Source: an uncultured Desulfobacteraceae bacterium (GTDB taxonomy: Bacteria; Desulfobacterota; Desulfobacteria; Desulfobacterales; UBA11574). From it: DNA of 64,000 bases. This document shows positions 51,393 to 64,000 of the stretch, piece after piece. The position numbers and the translations under genes were made by a program. Location of the stretch: positions 2,428 to 66,427 of the forward strand of contig CAYPIW010000017.1 in assembly GCA_964410925.1 (NCBI GenBank), given 5' to 3'. Every line of letters begins with the position of its first letter. Positions within the stretch are counted from its first letter, which is position 1. The notes under the pieces were generated by a model. It had not been told where the DNA came from, made no database searches, and worked only from the letters and a program-made list of their open reading frames with translations.

Positions 51393-51477
51393 TGATACTT
51401 GATGCTGGACTCCGGATACTGGATAAAAAAGAATTTTTACGATTTATCCCGCATCAAGCATCCGGTATCCAGCATCG
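51393..51477. repeat. Inverted GGATACT/CCAGCAT heptamer repeat
   Basis: gatacttgatgctgga..ggatactggata / tatcccgcatcaagcatccggtatccagcatc. Confidence 0.78.
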
Positions 51478-51600
51478 CTTTGGCCTGACATGGTGCAACA
51501 TGTTTAACATCAATCTGTCGGTTTGAGGTAGCGCTTTGCCAAGCTTTTTAATAATATCTACTCTACAATGTTTGTGTCAAGTTTATTCTATTTCTCAATC

Positions 51601-51678
51601 CGGGTTGTAAATCAAGACTGTCGGTTGCTGAGATTGCCATGGCTATTTGGTTTCACCAGCGGTTGCGATTTACACCCC
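51601..51678. mobile_element. Minimal (empty) shell B MITE
   Basis: ggg(t)tgtaaatcaag..gcgatttacaccc TIRs. Confidence 0.75.
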
Positions 51679-51714
51679 TTAATCCTTTAATAGTCTACCT
51701 TCAATTTTCAATGG

Positions 51715-52749
51715 TCAATCTTCAGTCTTTCTGAGCCTCCCAACCAGATACCCATCCATTAAAAGATGCACCAGATGATGCAGCACACAGACCACAAGAG
51801 CCAACCCGTATTGCGGAAAAAGGGAAACCTGCAAAATCACCGAAAGCGGGAGGGTTTTCTGGCTGCCCATAAAAATCACACTTTCTCTCCTGCCTCTGCC
51901 CAGTTTTAATAATTTGCTGAAAAGGCCTGCGGAACTCAACAGTATTCCATGGAAACCGAATACCAATAAAAAAATGATCCCCACCGACCCTCCGGTGCCT
52001 ATGATCGCATCTCTGGCCGATGACATGGCCATCCATACGATTCCCAGGACAAAGCACTGGTTCAACACCTGCAGTTTCAGTACAAATCGATCAATCAAAG
52101 ATTCTATGAAAAACTTTATGGTCAACCCGGTGCAAAGGGGTAGCAGGACATAAAACCCGAGTTTCATAACAATCGCCGGTTTGTCAACGAAAACAACAGC
52201 GGTTCCGCCAACCAGATTCAGAAGCAGTGAAAGTGCAACCGGCAGGGTAAAAACGGCAAGCCCGTTGGCCAGTATGGTGATCACCAGAGCGTGCGCCATA
52301 TTTCCTCCGGCAGCCCCGGTCATTACCACACCGCTGCTTAATGTTGTGGGCATCACCGCCACCAGAAAAATCCCTATTTTGATCCCGGTCTCCACAGGCG
52401 CCATGCCGAATAGTGCTCCCGTGACGGGCGCAGCAAGAAAAATTATTGCCAGGGCAATGGCCATACCCTTTATATCCGTCAGCCCCGACCGTATCTGCCG
52501 GACATTTAATATCAATCCTGAAAAAAAGAATATCAGAACAATCACGGCATCGGGTCCCCGATGCATTTTGAACCACTTTCCCATGCCGGAAACCGTTTCG
52601 GTGGTATCGGCAACAGTTATCGTAAAAACAAGAACAAGCCCTGCAATGAACCAGTATTTTTTAATCAACCCGAACAATGTAACATGCCCTCTTGCGACTG
52701 GGAGCATTACCGATTTGTTAAAATGGTTTTCATCCATTAACTTATTCAT
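51715..52749 (-). CDS. Bile acid:Na+ symporter (SBF-like) family transporter
   Basis: MPTTLSSGVVMT, GSQKTLP; multiple TM segments. Confidence 0.85.
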   Translation of the reverse strand: MNKLMDENHFNKSVMLPVARGHVTLFGLIKKYWFIAGLVLVFTITVADTTETVSGMGKWFKMHRGPDAVIVLIFFFSGLILNVRQIRSGLTDIKGMAIALAIIFLAAPVTGALFGMAPVETGIKIGIFLVAVMPTTLSSGVVMTGAAGGNMAHALVITILANGLAVFTLPVALSLLLNLVGGTAVVFVDKPAIVMKLGFYVLLPLCTGLTIKFFIESLIDRFVLKLQVLNQCFVLGIVWMAMSSARDAIIGTGGSVGIIFLLVFGFHGILLSSAGLFSKLLKLGRGRRESVIFMGSQKTLPLSVILQVSLFPQYGLALVVCVLHHLVHLLMDGYLVGRLRKTED

Positions 52750-53084
52750 TTTTTGAGCGAAAGCCTTGAAATCAGGTATACGAGAAGGAATAAATATGGG
52801 ATATTTTTTAAAGCCATACTATGGGCAATTTTAATCACCCCACCTGAAACCTGAAAGTCTTGAATAGCAATTAACAAACTGGTAATGCACTCTTGCGACT
52901 TGCTGTTTTATGATTATATTTGTTTACTAAATTCGAAAGGTTGTCCATCCCGGACCGGGAATGCGACCCTGGGGTGTCAAAGAGAAAAAAATATCTTGCA
53001 TATATAACAGTTTACAATTATTAATTCCATAAAGAATATGTTTTCGCGAACTGCTATCAGCACAAAATCACGAACAAAAATATT

Positions 53085-53132
53085 CCACCACATATTGTAC
53101 TTATACAGATAAAATTATACCGCCTGTTGTGT
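53085..53132. promoter_or_regulatory. Candidate tandem NrdR boxes upstream of smc
   Basis: CACCACATATTGTA (53086) and TACCGCCTGTTGTG (53118), 32 bp apart, just before TTTACA-N17-TATTTA. Confidence 0.5.
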
Positions 53133-53218
53133 TTTTCCCTTTACAACCTGATGAATTCCTGCTATTTAATACGGAAACTTAGGGCCTTCGGCCCAATTGG
53201 AATAATGGGGTTAATCGC

Positions 53219-56200
53219 ATGAAATTAAAAAAGCTGGAACTCAACGGATTTAAATCCTTTGTTGAAAAAAACAGTATTGAATTTCCTCCGGGTATTTCTG
53301 CGGTTGTGGGTCCGAACGGCTGCGGTAAAAGCAATGTCGTAGACGCCATTAAATGGGTTATGGGAGAACAGAGTGTCAAGCAGCTCCGCGGGAAATCCAT
53401 GGAAGATGTTATATTTTCAGGTACAAACGGAAAATCCCCGTTGAATATGGCAGAAGTCTCCTTAACCCTTTCAAACGACAACGGCAATGCTCCCGAAGAG
53501 CTCAAGGACTTTTCCGAAATCATGCTGACCCGGCGCCTTTACCGGTCCGGAGAGAGCGCCTACTTCATCAACAAACAGCAATGCCGTCTTAAGGATATCC
53601 ATAATATTTTTATGGGAACCGGCATGGGAACGAAATCCTATTCCGTAATACAACAGGGAAATATCGGCGCAATTACGGATTCCGGACCCGAAGAAAGAAG
53701 AGTTTTTATTGAAGAAGCAGCAGGAATTACACGGTATAAAAGCCGTAAAAAGGAAGCTCTCGGCAAAATACAGGCCACAAATCAGAACCTGCTGCGCCTT
53801 ACAGATATCATTGCGGAAATAAATCGGCAGATGGCCAGCCTGAAACGTCAGGCCAAAAAGGCCGAACGGTATAAAAAGCATCAAAAGCGCATCAGGGATC
53901 TCGATATCGCCATCGCGTTGCATTACTATGATGACTATACCCATAAAATTGATGAAACCGATGCGGTATTAACCCATTTAAAAGATACGGACATTGAGCA
54001 TACCACCCGGTTGAAAAACCTTGATGCGGAAGTTGAAAAGGTCAAGCTTCGACGCTCGGAAAAAAATCAGGAGATTTCGGACCAAAAATCCCGCATATTC
54101 GAAATACAGCGCCATATAGACCGAGTGGAAAATGATATAGATCACTTTCGTAATGAGGTGGAACGTCTCATCAAGGAATGCGAAGAACTTGAGTCCGCTC
54201 ACACAAACCTTGAAGAGAAAAACCGGAACTTAACTTCCGAAGTGGCTCAGGTTGAAACCCGGACTATAGACATTCATGACAACATAGAGAGGGTAAGGGC
54301 GACGATCCACCGGGAACGGTCGGCTGCGCAAAACATTAAAGATCAACTCTCTGTGTTGAATCAGGAGCTTGACACATGTAAAGCAGAACTAATGGATCTG
54401 GTCGCCCGGGAAGCACAATACAAAAATATCTGTCAAAACGCTTCGCGCAACAAAGAAAGTCTTAAAAGACGACTGAAAATCATAGATGAAGAAGAAGCCT
54501 CAACCCGGCAGAACGTGGAAAAACTCCGCAAGAAAAAAATAACGGCCCAGGAAAAATTTGATTCATATAAAAAAGAAATCCATGAGTTGAACGAGAAAGT
54601 GACCCGGGTCAAAACGCATCTTCAGGGAAAAAGCAAATCTCTTGCAGAACAGGTAAAGCGGGTTCAGACCGTTGATCTTGAGAGAAACCAGGCCAGGTCC
54701 TCGTATACCGCGTTAAAGAAAATGGAAGACAACTTCGAGTGGTATAAAGACGGCGTCCAGGCTATAATGAAAAAAAACAGGGCCCATAAACAGGACATTT
54801 CTCCGGCAGGATTAAAACTCGATGACAACAATGGCATTTTAGGACTCATGGCGGATGTACTGGAACCCGAATCTTCTTATGAAACCGCGGTGGAAGCGGT
54901 TCTTGGAGAATCGTTACAGTACATTCTTGTTGAAGACCAAAAAACAGGCATAGACGCCATGGACTATCTCCAAACAACCGGCGAGGGACGCGGGGGCTTT
55001 ATTCCTGTCTCATCTGTCAAAGACATGGGGTGGGACCAGGGAAACCTTGATGTTCAAAAAAGGCTTTTGAACCATGTTTCCGTTAAACAGGGATTTGAAA
55101 AGGTAACCCGGGCACTTTTAGGGCATGTGCGGGTTACCGACGATATTGAAGAAGCCATAGACATATTCAATGCCAATGGGATTCACCAGACCATTGTTAC
55201 CAAAAATGGAAATTTAATTTCTCATCAGGGCATCATGGTGGGCGGCAGTAAAGAAAAATTATCAGGAATCCTCGTAAAAAAGCAGGAGGTTAAAAAAATA
55301 GGGCTTGAGATCAAAAGATTAAATCAAGAATATGACACCGCCTGTCAGGACCAAAAAGCATTGGAATCTCAAGTTTGGAGCATTGAAAACGATCTTCAGA
55401 AGCTTCAAACACAAATGAACACGGCAGGGCACCACCAGGTCGAAGCGGAAAAAGACCTTTACAAAGCAACCGAAGACCTCAAACACGCCCAGCGACATCT
55501 TGAAATTGTCCAACTGGAGCAAGAACGCCTTCTGGGGGAAGAGAGTGATATTGACGAAGAAATGACCCAATACAATGAGGCGGTTTCGGTCGTGGAAAAT
55601 CAGGTCAAAAATGCTCAGGAGACGGTCTCTGAAAAACTGGAGCAGATCGCCGCCGTTTCATCTGAAATGGAAGCATTTGATCAGAAAATCGTGGATCTGA
55701 AGCTTCAACTGACCTCGTTAAGCGCCAAACTGGAAAACAGTAATAATACCCTGAAGCGGCTTAAAGAGTTCCAGAATGACGGAATACAACAGATCGAACA
55801 GCTTTCCCGGGATATTTCCCAAAAAAAACAAAAAAGAATCACTTGTAAACAAAAAATTGAGGAATATGAACAGATGCTTTCCGGCAGATATGATGAAATG
55901 AAGCGCTTTGAACAGGCACTTGAAAAAAATGAGGAGGATTATACCGCCATCGACACAAAGCTCAGAGAAAGTGACAGTATCATATCGGATATACAGACCC
56001 GTCGGGATGAAACTGTGCAAAAAATTCGCTTGCTTGAACTTGAACAATCAGAGCGGAGCATTAAACGGGAAAATATCGCCAGGCGGCTGGAAGAAAGCTA
56101 TCACAGTCCCCTGCCGGTATTTAAGTCGGAATTCGAAAATATGGAAAATCCTCCGGACAGATCCATAGACACTATGGAAGATAAACTTTTGCTCCTCAGG

Positions 56201-56821
56201 AAAAAGATTGCCTCTATCGACGATGTCAATCTTGGCGCCATAAAAGAGTATGAGCAGCTCGAAGACCGTTTTGATTTTCTGAACGAACAACGCGATGATC
56301 TTGTAAAGGCCATCGAAGACCTTCATAAAGTTGTCAGGAAGATAAACCGGATAAGCCAGGAACGATTTATCAAAACCTTCGATAGTGTCAATGAGAAGTT
56401 GAATGAGGTCTTCCCCCGTCTTTTCGAGGGCGGCAGCGCCAAACTCATTATGACAGAGCCCAATAATCCCCTTGAAACCGGAATAGAGTTCATGATTCAT
56501 CCTCCGGGGAAAAAACTGACAAGAATGAGCCTTCTTTCCGGTGGAGAAAAAGCGCTTTCAGCCATCGCACTGATTTTTTCCATTTTTTTGATTAAGCCGG
56601 CATCTTTTTGTCTCATGGATGAAATTGACGCATCTCTTGACGAGACGAATGTTTTTCGCTTCAATGATCTGCTTCGGCTCATTGGAGATAAATCTCAAAT
56701 AATTATGATCACCCACAATAAAAGCAGTATGGAATTTGCCGACACCCTGTTCGGAATCACTATGGAAAAAAAGGGGGTCTCCAAGATTGTTTCGGTAAAT
56801 TTGCAAAAGGCGGAAGGATAA
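53219..56821 (+). CDS. smc: Chromosome segregation protein SMC
   Basis: GFKSF, GPNGCGKSN, hinge GRGGF, LSGGEK, MDEIDA.LD. Confidence 0.97.
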   Translation: MKLKKLELNGFKSFVEKNSIEFPPGISAVVGPNGCGKSNVVDAIKWVMGEQSVKQLRGKSMEDVIFSGTNGKSPLNMAEVSLTLSNDNGNAPEELKDFSEIMLTRRLYRSGESAYFINKQQCRLKDIHNIFMGTGMGTKSYSVIQQGNIGAITDSGPEERRVFIEEAAGITRYKSRKKEALGKIQATNQNLLRLTDIIAEINRQMASLKRQAKKAERYKKHQKRIRDLDIAIALHYYDDYTHKIDETDAVLTHLKDTDIEHTTRLKNLDAEVEKVKLRRSEKNQEISDQKSRIFEIQRHIDRVENDIDHFRNEVERLIKECEELESAHTNLEEKNRNLTSEVAQVETRTIDIHDNIERVRATIHRERSAAQNIKDQLSVLNQELDTCKAELMDLVAREAQYKNICQNASRNKESLKRRLKIIDEEEASTRQNVEKLRKKKITAQEKFDSYKKEIHELNEKVTRVKTHLQGKSKSLAEQVKRVQTVDLERNQARSSYTALKKMEDNFEWYKDGVQAIMKKNRAHKQDISPAGLKLDDNNGILGLMADVLEPESSYETAVEAVLGESLQYILVEDQKTGIDAMDYLQTTGEGRGGFIPVSSVKDMGWDQGNLDVQKRLLNHVSVKQGFEKVTRALLGHVRVTDDIEEAIDIFNANGIHQTIVTKNGNLISHQGIMVGGSKEKLSGILVKKQEVKKIGLEIKRLNQEYDTACQDQKALESQVWSIENDLQKLQTQMNTAGHHQVEAEKDLYKATEDLKHAQRHLEIVQLEQERLLGEESDIDEEMTQYNEAVSVVENQVKNAQETVSEKLEQIAAVSSEMEAFDQKIVDLKLQLTSLSAKLENSNNTLKRLKEFQNDGIQQIEQLSRDISQKKQKRITCKQKIEEYEQMLSGRYDEMKRFEQALEKNEEDYTAIDTKLRESDSIISDIQTRRDETVQKIRLLELEQSERSIKRENIARRLEESYHSPLPVFKSEFENMENPPDRSIDTMEDKLLLLRKKIASIDDVNLGAIKEYEQLEDRFDFLNEQRDDLVKAIEDLHKVVRKINRISQERFIKTFDSVNEKLNEVFPRLFEGGSAKLIMTEPNNPLETGIEFMIHPPGKKLTRMSLLSGGEKALSAIALIFSIFLIKPASFCLMDEIDASLDETNVFRFNDLLRLIGDKSQIIMITHNKSSMEFADTLFGITMEKKGVSKIVSVNLQKAEG

Positions 56822-56829
56822 GCTCGGTT

Positions 56830-57873
56830 ATGGCATTCACCTGGTTTAAAAAAAATACAGATATAAAAAAGGAGGAAACGGTTCCTGTCGAAGAAGCATT
56901 CCAACCCCGAACCGGATCTCGAGAGGAATTGCCTGCTGTATTCTCAAAACAGGAGGACCAGGAAAAATCCACCGGTTTTTTGAACCGTCTGAAAAAGGGA
57001 CTCTCAAAAACCCACAAAGTTCTTTCAACGGATATTAACGAGCTGTTTGCAGGCAATCGGAAAATTGACGATACACTGCTGGAGGAACTTGAAGAACTTC
57101 TCATCACCTCGGACATGGGTGTCCGAACCACCATGGATCTTATACAGAGCATTTCAAAAAAATCCTCGGAAATATCCGGCGCCGATCAGCTCAAACAGGC
57201 TCTCAAAGAAAAAATACTTGTATTACTGAATTCGGAAAAACCCTGCCCCCAAAAAATTACAACCAAACCGCGCGTTATAATGGTAATCGGTGTAAACGGA
57301 GTCGGCAAAACAACGACCATCGGAAAGCTGGCGGCAAATTTTGTGGCTTCCGGAAAAAAGGTTATCATTGCTGCTGCCGATACTTTTCGAGCGGCAGGAG
57401 TGGAACAGCTTGCCATATGGGCTCAAAGAGCAGATGTAGAAATTGTAAAACACAAGGATATGTCGGATCCTGCCGCTGTTGCATATGACGCAATTGAGGC
57501 GGCACTGGCCAGAGGCGCGGATGTTGTTCTTGTGGATACTGCCGGAAGGCTTCACACAAAAAAAAACCTGATGGAAGAACTCAAAAAGATAAAACGCGCC
57601 ATTTCAAAAAAACTTCCCGAAGCCCCTCATGAAATCCTTCTGGTTCTTGATGCCACAACCGGTCAAAACGCCCTTTCACAGGCGGAGTTGTTTCATAACG
57701 CCCTTGACGTCACCGGAATCGCCCTTACAAAACTGGACGGAACCGCCAAAGGCGGAATCGTTGTCAGTATCTGCAGTACGCTTGAAATTCCGTTAAAATA
57801 TATTGGCATCGGTGAAAAAATTGAGGATCTGCAGGAATTTGATTCGGTCCGGTTTGTTAATGCACTGTTTTAG
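56830..57873 (+). CDS. ftsY: SRP receptor FtsY
   Basis: GVNGVGKTT, DTFRAA, DTAGR, TKLDGTAKGG. Confidence 0.97.
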   Translation: MAFTWFKKNTDIKKEETVPVEEAFQPRTGSREELPAVFSKQEDQEKSTGFLNRLKKGLSKTHKVLSTDINELFAGNRKIDDTLLEELEELLITSDMGVRTTMDLIQSISKKSSEISGADQLKQALKEKILVLLNSEKPCPQKITTKPRVIMVIGVNGVGKTTTIGKLAANFVASGKKVIIAAADTFRAAGVEQLAIWAQRADVEIVKHKDMSDPAAVAYDAIEAALARGADVVLVDTAGRLHTKKNLMEELKKIKRAISKKLPEAPHEILLVLDATTGQNALSQAELFHNALDVTGIALTKLDGTAKGGIVVSICSTLEIPLKYIGIGEKIEDLQEFDSVRFVNALF

Positions 57874-57874
57874 G

Positions 57875-58073
57875 AACTTAGTAATTAATTTTTCTGTTTT
57901 TTGCGGCAAAAAATTGCTTAGACAATTAAGTGTGAAGTGTCTAAAGGGATCTAAAGTGCCTAAAATTAAGGAATGCTGCCAGTTTGTATAAAAGTCGGAG
58001 CAAGGCGACTCCTTAACTTTAGTTCACTTCAAACTTTAGCTCACTTGTAACTTTTCCGGCTTGTCCTGGTTGG
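57875..58073. repeat. Inverted relative of 33510-33712
   Basis: Ends ..cttttccggcttgtcctggttgg; core ggagcaaggcgactcc. Confidence 0.75.
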
Positions 58074-58271
58074 AAGTTATCCGGTTAAAACCATTTTTTT
58101 GATGAACTACTATCCCCAAATCTAATAATAAAGCCCGATAACGGTATTAAATATAAAAAAAGTGTTGATAACTGCTGTTTTATGTTGACATGAAAAATTT
58201 GCTCATGTATGGCTTTTTAATGTTGCCGTTTAACTGACTATTAATTAACAAAAAAAAGGGGGGATACAATC

Positions 58272-58544
58272 ATGACAAAAGTAGAATTAGTAGAAATGAT
58301 GGCAAATGATGCGAACATTTCCAAGACTGCTGCAGCGGCCGCACTCGATTCTTTTATGACCAATGTAACAAAAGCCTTGAAGAAAAAGGACGGCAAAGTA
58401 ACGTTAGTGGGATTTGGCACTTTTGCAAAAATCCGTCGAAAAGCTCGAAAAGGACGGAACCCTCAAACCGGCGATCCTATCAAAATTAAAGCTTGCAATG
58501 TCGTAAAGTTCAAAGCCGGAAAGAAACTCAAAGATTCTATATAA
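58272..58544 (+). CDS. hup: DNA-binding protein HU
   Basis: GFGTF, GRNPQTG, KFKAGK. Confidence 0.95.
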   Translation: MTKVELVEMMANDANISKTAAAAALDSFMTNVTKALKKKDGKVTLVGFGTFAKIRRKARKGRNPQTGDPIKIKACNVVKFKAGKKLKDSI

Positions 58545-58604
58545 AAGTCTTACTGCAGGTCCCGAATGATGTGACTTGTTTTTCTGGTCCTAAAAGACAC
58601 TCCG

Positions 58605-58722
58605 ATTTAAGTGCCTAAAGTTTGAAGTGCTTAAAGTGAGTTAAAATTAAGGAATTCTATTAATATAACGTATAGTTATATTCTTAACTTTAGGCACTTC
58701 AGCTCACTTTTCACTTCAAATT
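58605..58722. repeat. AAAGTG inverted-repeat element between convergent genes
   Basis: aagtgcctaaagtttgaagtg / cttaactttaggcacttc. Confidence 0.8.
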
Positions 58723-58733
58723 TTTACATGGAA

Positions 58734-59021
58734 TTAATATCTTATCTCGAAGCCATTAAACTCACCTCTATATTCTTCCCGTGTTACATCCACATCAAGC
58801 ACTTTTGCAACAGGCGGCCCATGTTTGCACCAGTCAAGCATTGAATCAACATTTTCTTTAAAGCCTTCAAACACGGCGGCAACGGTTCCATCCCTCTGAT
58901 TTTTCACCCATCCGAAAACACCGTATCTGGCCGCGGCTTTCTTTGTCTCCAACCTGAAAAAGACGCCTTGAACTCTGCCGCTGATCACAGCGCGAACTCT
59001 TACTTTGTCTTCCATGCTCAC
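58734..59021 (-). CDS. acyP: Acylphosphatase
   Basis: GRVQGVFFR, GWVKN..DGTV, GPP. Confidence 0.93.
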   Translation of the reverse strand: MSMEDKVRVRAVISGRVQGVFFRLETKKAAARYGVFGWVKNQRDGTVAAVFEGFKENVDSMLDWCKHGPPVAKVLDVDVTREEYRGEFNGFEIRY

Positions 59022-59066
59022 CCTCCTTCATAATTGAAGATTTTTAATTCTTAATTATCAATCATC

Positions 59067-59404
59067 GGGGGTAAATCAAGATTGTTGATTATTGAGTTCA
59101 ATCGTGAGGTGTCAGGTGTCAGGGGTAGAGTTTCAGCTGTCAGGGGTCAGGTGTCAGGGGTAGAGTTTCAGCTGTCAGGGGTCAGGTGTCAGGAAGTATG
59201 TTCAGTCACAACTTTTTATAGACCTCAAAATCCTCCACGTCCATATAATTGCTACAGGTCACCTCTTTTGCCCTTAACCCTGACACCTGACAGCTGTGAT
59301 ACCTGACACCTGAAACCTGACACCTGAAACCTTTTCCCCAAAGCTAAATACGTAGTGCAGACGAACATGAATTTTCATATTGCCAGCAGCCGTGATTCAC
59401 ACCC
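59067..59404. mobile_element. Shell B variant with long TCAGGKG cargo
   Basis: gtaaatcaagattg..gccgtgattcacaccc; direct copy at 61454-61644. Confidence 0.85.
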
Positions 59405-61644
<2,240 letters not shown>

Positions 61645-61896
61645 TCATACCGGTTTTGCCAGGCCTGAAAGTTCATCTTTGACTTCATCAATAATCTCGT
61701 ACAACCACATCAAATCCTCTATGCTCAGGCGTCCCGCCTTTCGCTGGGATTCTTCTCCGTCTTTTCTCGTAAACACCCGCGGGCCGATCTGGACTTTGGG
61801 TTCGCCGTCAGCATACTGATTGATCGAAACAACCAGTCCGGTTTCTTCACATTTCCACTTATTTAATATTTTATCTTTTTCCGGGACAAAAGCCAT
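61645..61896 (-). CDS. Small hypothetical protein (83 aa), possibly PC4-like
   Basis: GGAGGA RBS before MAFVPEKDK; the longer track start lies inside a repeat. Confidence 0.7.
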   Translation of the reverse strand: MAFVPEKDKILNKWKCEETGLVVSINQYADGEPKVQIGPRVFTRKDGEESQRKAGRLSIEDLMWLYEIIDEVKDELSGLAKPV

Positions 61897-61911
61897 ATGT
61901 TCCTCCGTATC

Positions 61912-62170
61912 AGGGTGTATATCAAGTTTGTTTTCTGCTAAGATTGCCATGGATATCAGGTGTCGGGTGTCAGGTTTCAGCGCCTCTGTTCATCATTCCT
62001 GACACCTGACACCTGAAACCTTAGGATATGCAACAAAAATTGGATTAAAATTCCATCTGTATACATGGCGATTTTCACCACCCCACCTGACACCTAAAAA
62101 AAAGCTTAGGAGCCACGGTTTGTCAATAGACAAGGATCACCGTTTACCCACAACAGCCTTGATTCAGACC
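61912..62170. mobile_element. Shell B element, inverted relative of 27141-27593
   Basis: gggtgtatatcaag..gctaagattgccatggata / tttgtcaatagacaaggatcaccgttta..ccttgattcagacc. Confidence 0.8.
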
Positions 62171-62180
62171 TTTCGTATTA

Positions 62181-64000
62181 TCACGTCAAACTTACCATCC
62201 GGGCAAGTGATTTTGCGATATTGTCAAGTGCACCTTCATCAGGTAAAGAGATTTTCATTGTCAATTTACCGTCTTCCCCCTTTTCAAGACCTTCGGAAAG
62301 CCTTGTTTTAAAAGTTTCGGCCAGCCGGACGATTTGCTCGGGTTCCTCTTTTCCGGCAAACATTTCACCGATAAAGGCAAAGGCCGCACCGATCAACTGT
62401 CCTCCTGCATTTGCAACCCGTTCTTTTCTTGCAAGAATTTCTGCCTCTTCTTCGACCTGTTTTCTTAAACTTTCATCGGCAGGTGCATCCGGTTTTGTAC
62501 CCAGGAGAACTTCCAAACGCCGTTTTAGCTCCTCCATCCCACTGGAAAGATCAACATTGGCGGTTTTGGCATCCGGATCAAGCACTGCCAGGGCCAGTTC
62601 GTGTTTGGCAGCAAGGGTTCCCAAAAGGCTTTCTTCCAATGTATTTTCGGTAACCATTATAAAAACCTGAACCGGTCTTTTTTGACCCATACGATGGACA
62701 CGACTGATCCTTTGCTCCAAAACAGCCGGATTCCAGGGAAGATCAACATTAACTATCGTATTTGCTGCCTGCAGATTCAACCCTGTGGAACCGGCATTGG
62801 TAGTAATAAACAATTTGCAGTTCGGGTCTTTCCGAAACTGATGAATCAGCCCCTGGCGTTTTTTCTGAGGGATAGAACCGTCCAGTCTTACAAAATTTAA
62901 TTGACGCATTTCCAATATGGGTTCGATTAAATTCAACATGGTTGTCCATTCGGAAAACAAAACAATTTTTCGATCTTCTTCATCCGTCAATTGACCCAGC
63001 AAGTCATCCAGCTCGCCCAGCTTGGTTGAAAATCCCGGTGGTTGTTTATCGACTAAAAAAGTACTGTTTGCAGACATTCTGCACATCAACAGTGCTTTCT
63101 GGAGACGAAGAATATCCATTTCGGTAAGGTATTTTTTGGTAATGATTGTCTGAACGATTCTTTTATGTCCGTTGTGAATCTCAAGCTGTTCATCCGTGGG
63201 GGGTATCCTCAGGATTTCCGTAACTCGAGGAGGCAATTCCTCTAAAACCATTTTTCTGGTTCGCCGGAGCAGGACAGGTTTAAGTTTTTCGCGAAGCTCA
63301 TCCAGATTTTTATAACCGAGCAGTTTACCCTTTTCATCAGTAACGCGGTATGTGTTGAAAAAGCGAAAAGCAGGTCCCAGGCGGCGATCATCAATAAACT
63401 CCACTACCGAGTAGATGTCATCCAGGCGATTTTCAAGGGGCGTACCGGAAAGCACCAGCGCAAAAGGAGATTTAAGCGCTTTTACCATGCGGCTGGTTTT
63501 GGCTTCCCAGTTTTTGATCCGTTGCCCCTCGTCCAGGATAATCAGATCCCACTTGACCTTTTCAATGGACAATATATCCCGGAGAACCTGCTCGTAATTG
63601 CAGACCGTAAAAAAACAGGAACTGTCATACTGCTCAGCTCTTTCCTTGGCGCTTCCAATCACAAGTTGACACCTGCGATGGCTAAACCGTTTAATTTCCA
63701 GCCGCCATTGGGATTTAAGAGATGCCGGACAAATGATAAGGACTTTGGAAATATCGGTATCCTGAGATAACAGTTCGGCGACTCCAATTCCCTGAATGGT
63801 TTTGCCCAGTCCCATATCATCTGCGATGACCGCCCTCCCGGCACCCACGCCAAATGCAATACCATCAAGCTGGTACGGCAACAGTTCGGTTTTTAAAAGT
63901 GTTGTTCGAAGGGGGTGATTTTTTGGGTCTTTTCGTATCTCTTTAATCTTGTTTTTTACCCGTTCAATATACAAAACTTCGTTGATATATTCCTCGGCAT
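62181..64000 (-). CDS. SNF2-family helicase, 5' end outside the window
   Basis: ADDMGLGKT, LDEGQRIKN, SGTPLEN, GLNLQ, RVHRMGQ. Confidence 0.9.
   Translation of the reverse strand, partial: AEEYINEVLYIERVKNKIKEIRKDPKNHPLRTTLLKTELLPYQLDGIAFGVGAGRAVIADDMGLGKTIQGIGVAELLSQDTDISKVLIICPASLKSQWRLEIKRFSHRRCQLVIGSAKERAEQYDSSCFFTVCNYEQVLRDILSIEKVKWDLIILDEGQRIKNWEAKTSRMVKALKSPFALVLSGTPLENRLDDIYSVVEFIDDRRLGPAFRFFNTYRVTDEKGKLLGYKNLDELREKLKPVLLRRTRKMVLEELPPRVTEILRIPPTDEQLEIHNGHKRIVQTIITKKYLTEMDILRLQKALLMCRMSANSTFLVDKQPPGFSTKLGELDDLLGQLTDEEDRKIVLFSEWTTMLNLIEPILEMRQLNFVRLDGSIPQKKRQGLIHQFRKDPNCKLFITTNAGSTGLNLQAANTIVNVDLPWNPAVLEQRISRVHRMGQKRPVQVFIMVTENTLEESLLGTLAAKHELALAVLDPDAKTANVDLSSGMEELKRRLEVLLGTKPDAPADESLRKQVEEEAEILARKERVANAGGQLIGAAFAFIGEMFAGKEEPEQIVRLAETFKTRLSEGLEKGEDGKLTMKISLPDEGALDNIAKSLARMVSLT

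Noticed and set aside
52935..52980. SRP RNA or other ncRNA upstream of smc-ftsY
   Set aside because: Only a short hairpin; no SRP domain IV (CAGG..GGAA..AGCAG) motif
61897..61950. N-terminal extension of the 61645-61950 ORF
   Set aside because: Mostly inside a shell B element; a strong RBS supports the start at 61896

Overview
Chromosomal window of a dissimilatory sulfate-reducing deltaproteobacterium. Desulfobacterales-like affinity is inferred from gene content. It carries a MetV-MetF-HdrA-HdrA/MvhD block with a nearby cooC, the sulfate activation/APS reduction locus (sat convergent with aprBA-qmoABC), a split PUFA-synthase/olefin cluster (pfaBC-like, oleA, oleB), an atypical ClpX-like ATPase heading ahbC-hemB-ahbD, PPi-PFK, smc-ftsY, HU, ligA and a partial SNF2 helicase. 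The most striking unexplained structure is non-coding. About 30 short palindromic elements occupy many of the intergenic gaps. They are built from a few conserved outer shells, interchangeable 7-8 nt tandem-repeat cargo in inverted orientation, and a recurrent GCGAAGC mini-hairpin core. They nest inside each other (one with a CTAAG duplication), supply stop codons or C-termini to several genes, and occur in-frame in three linkers of the 2458-aa synthase. No transposase, rRNA, tRNA or CRISPR array was seen. All comparisons were made by eye, so repeat boundaries are approximate to a few bases.
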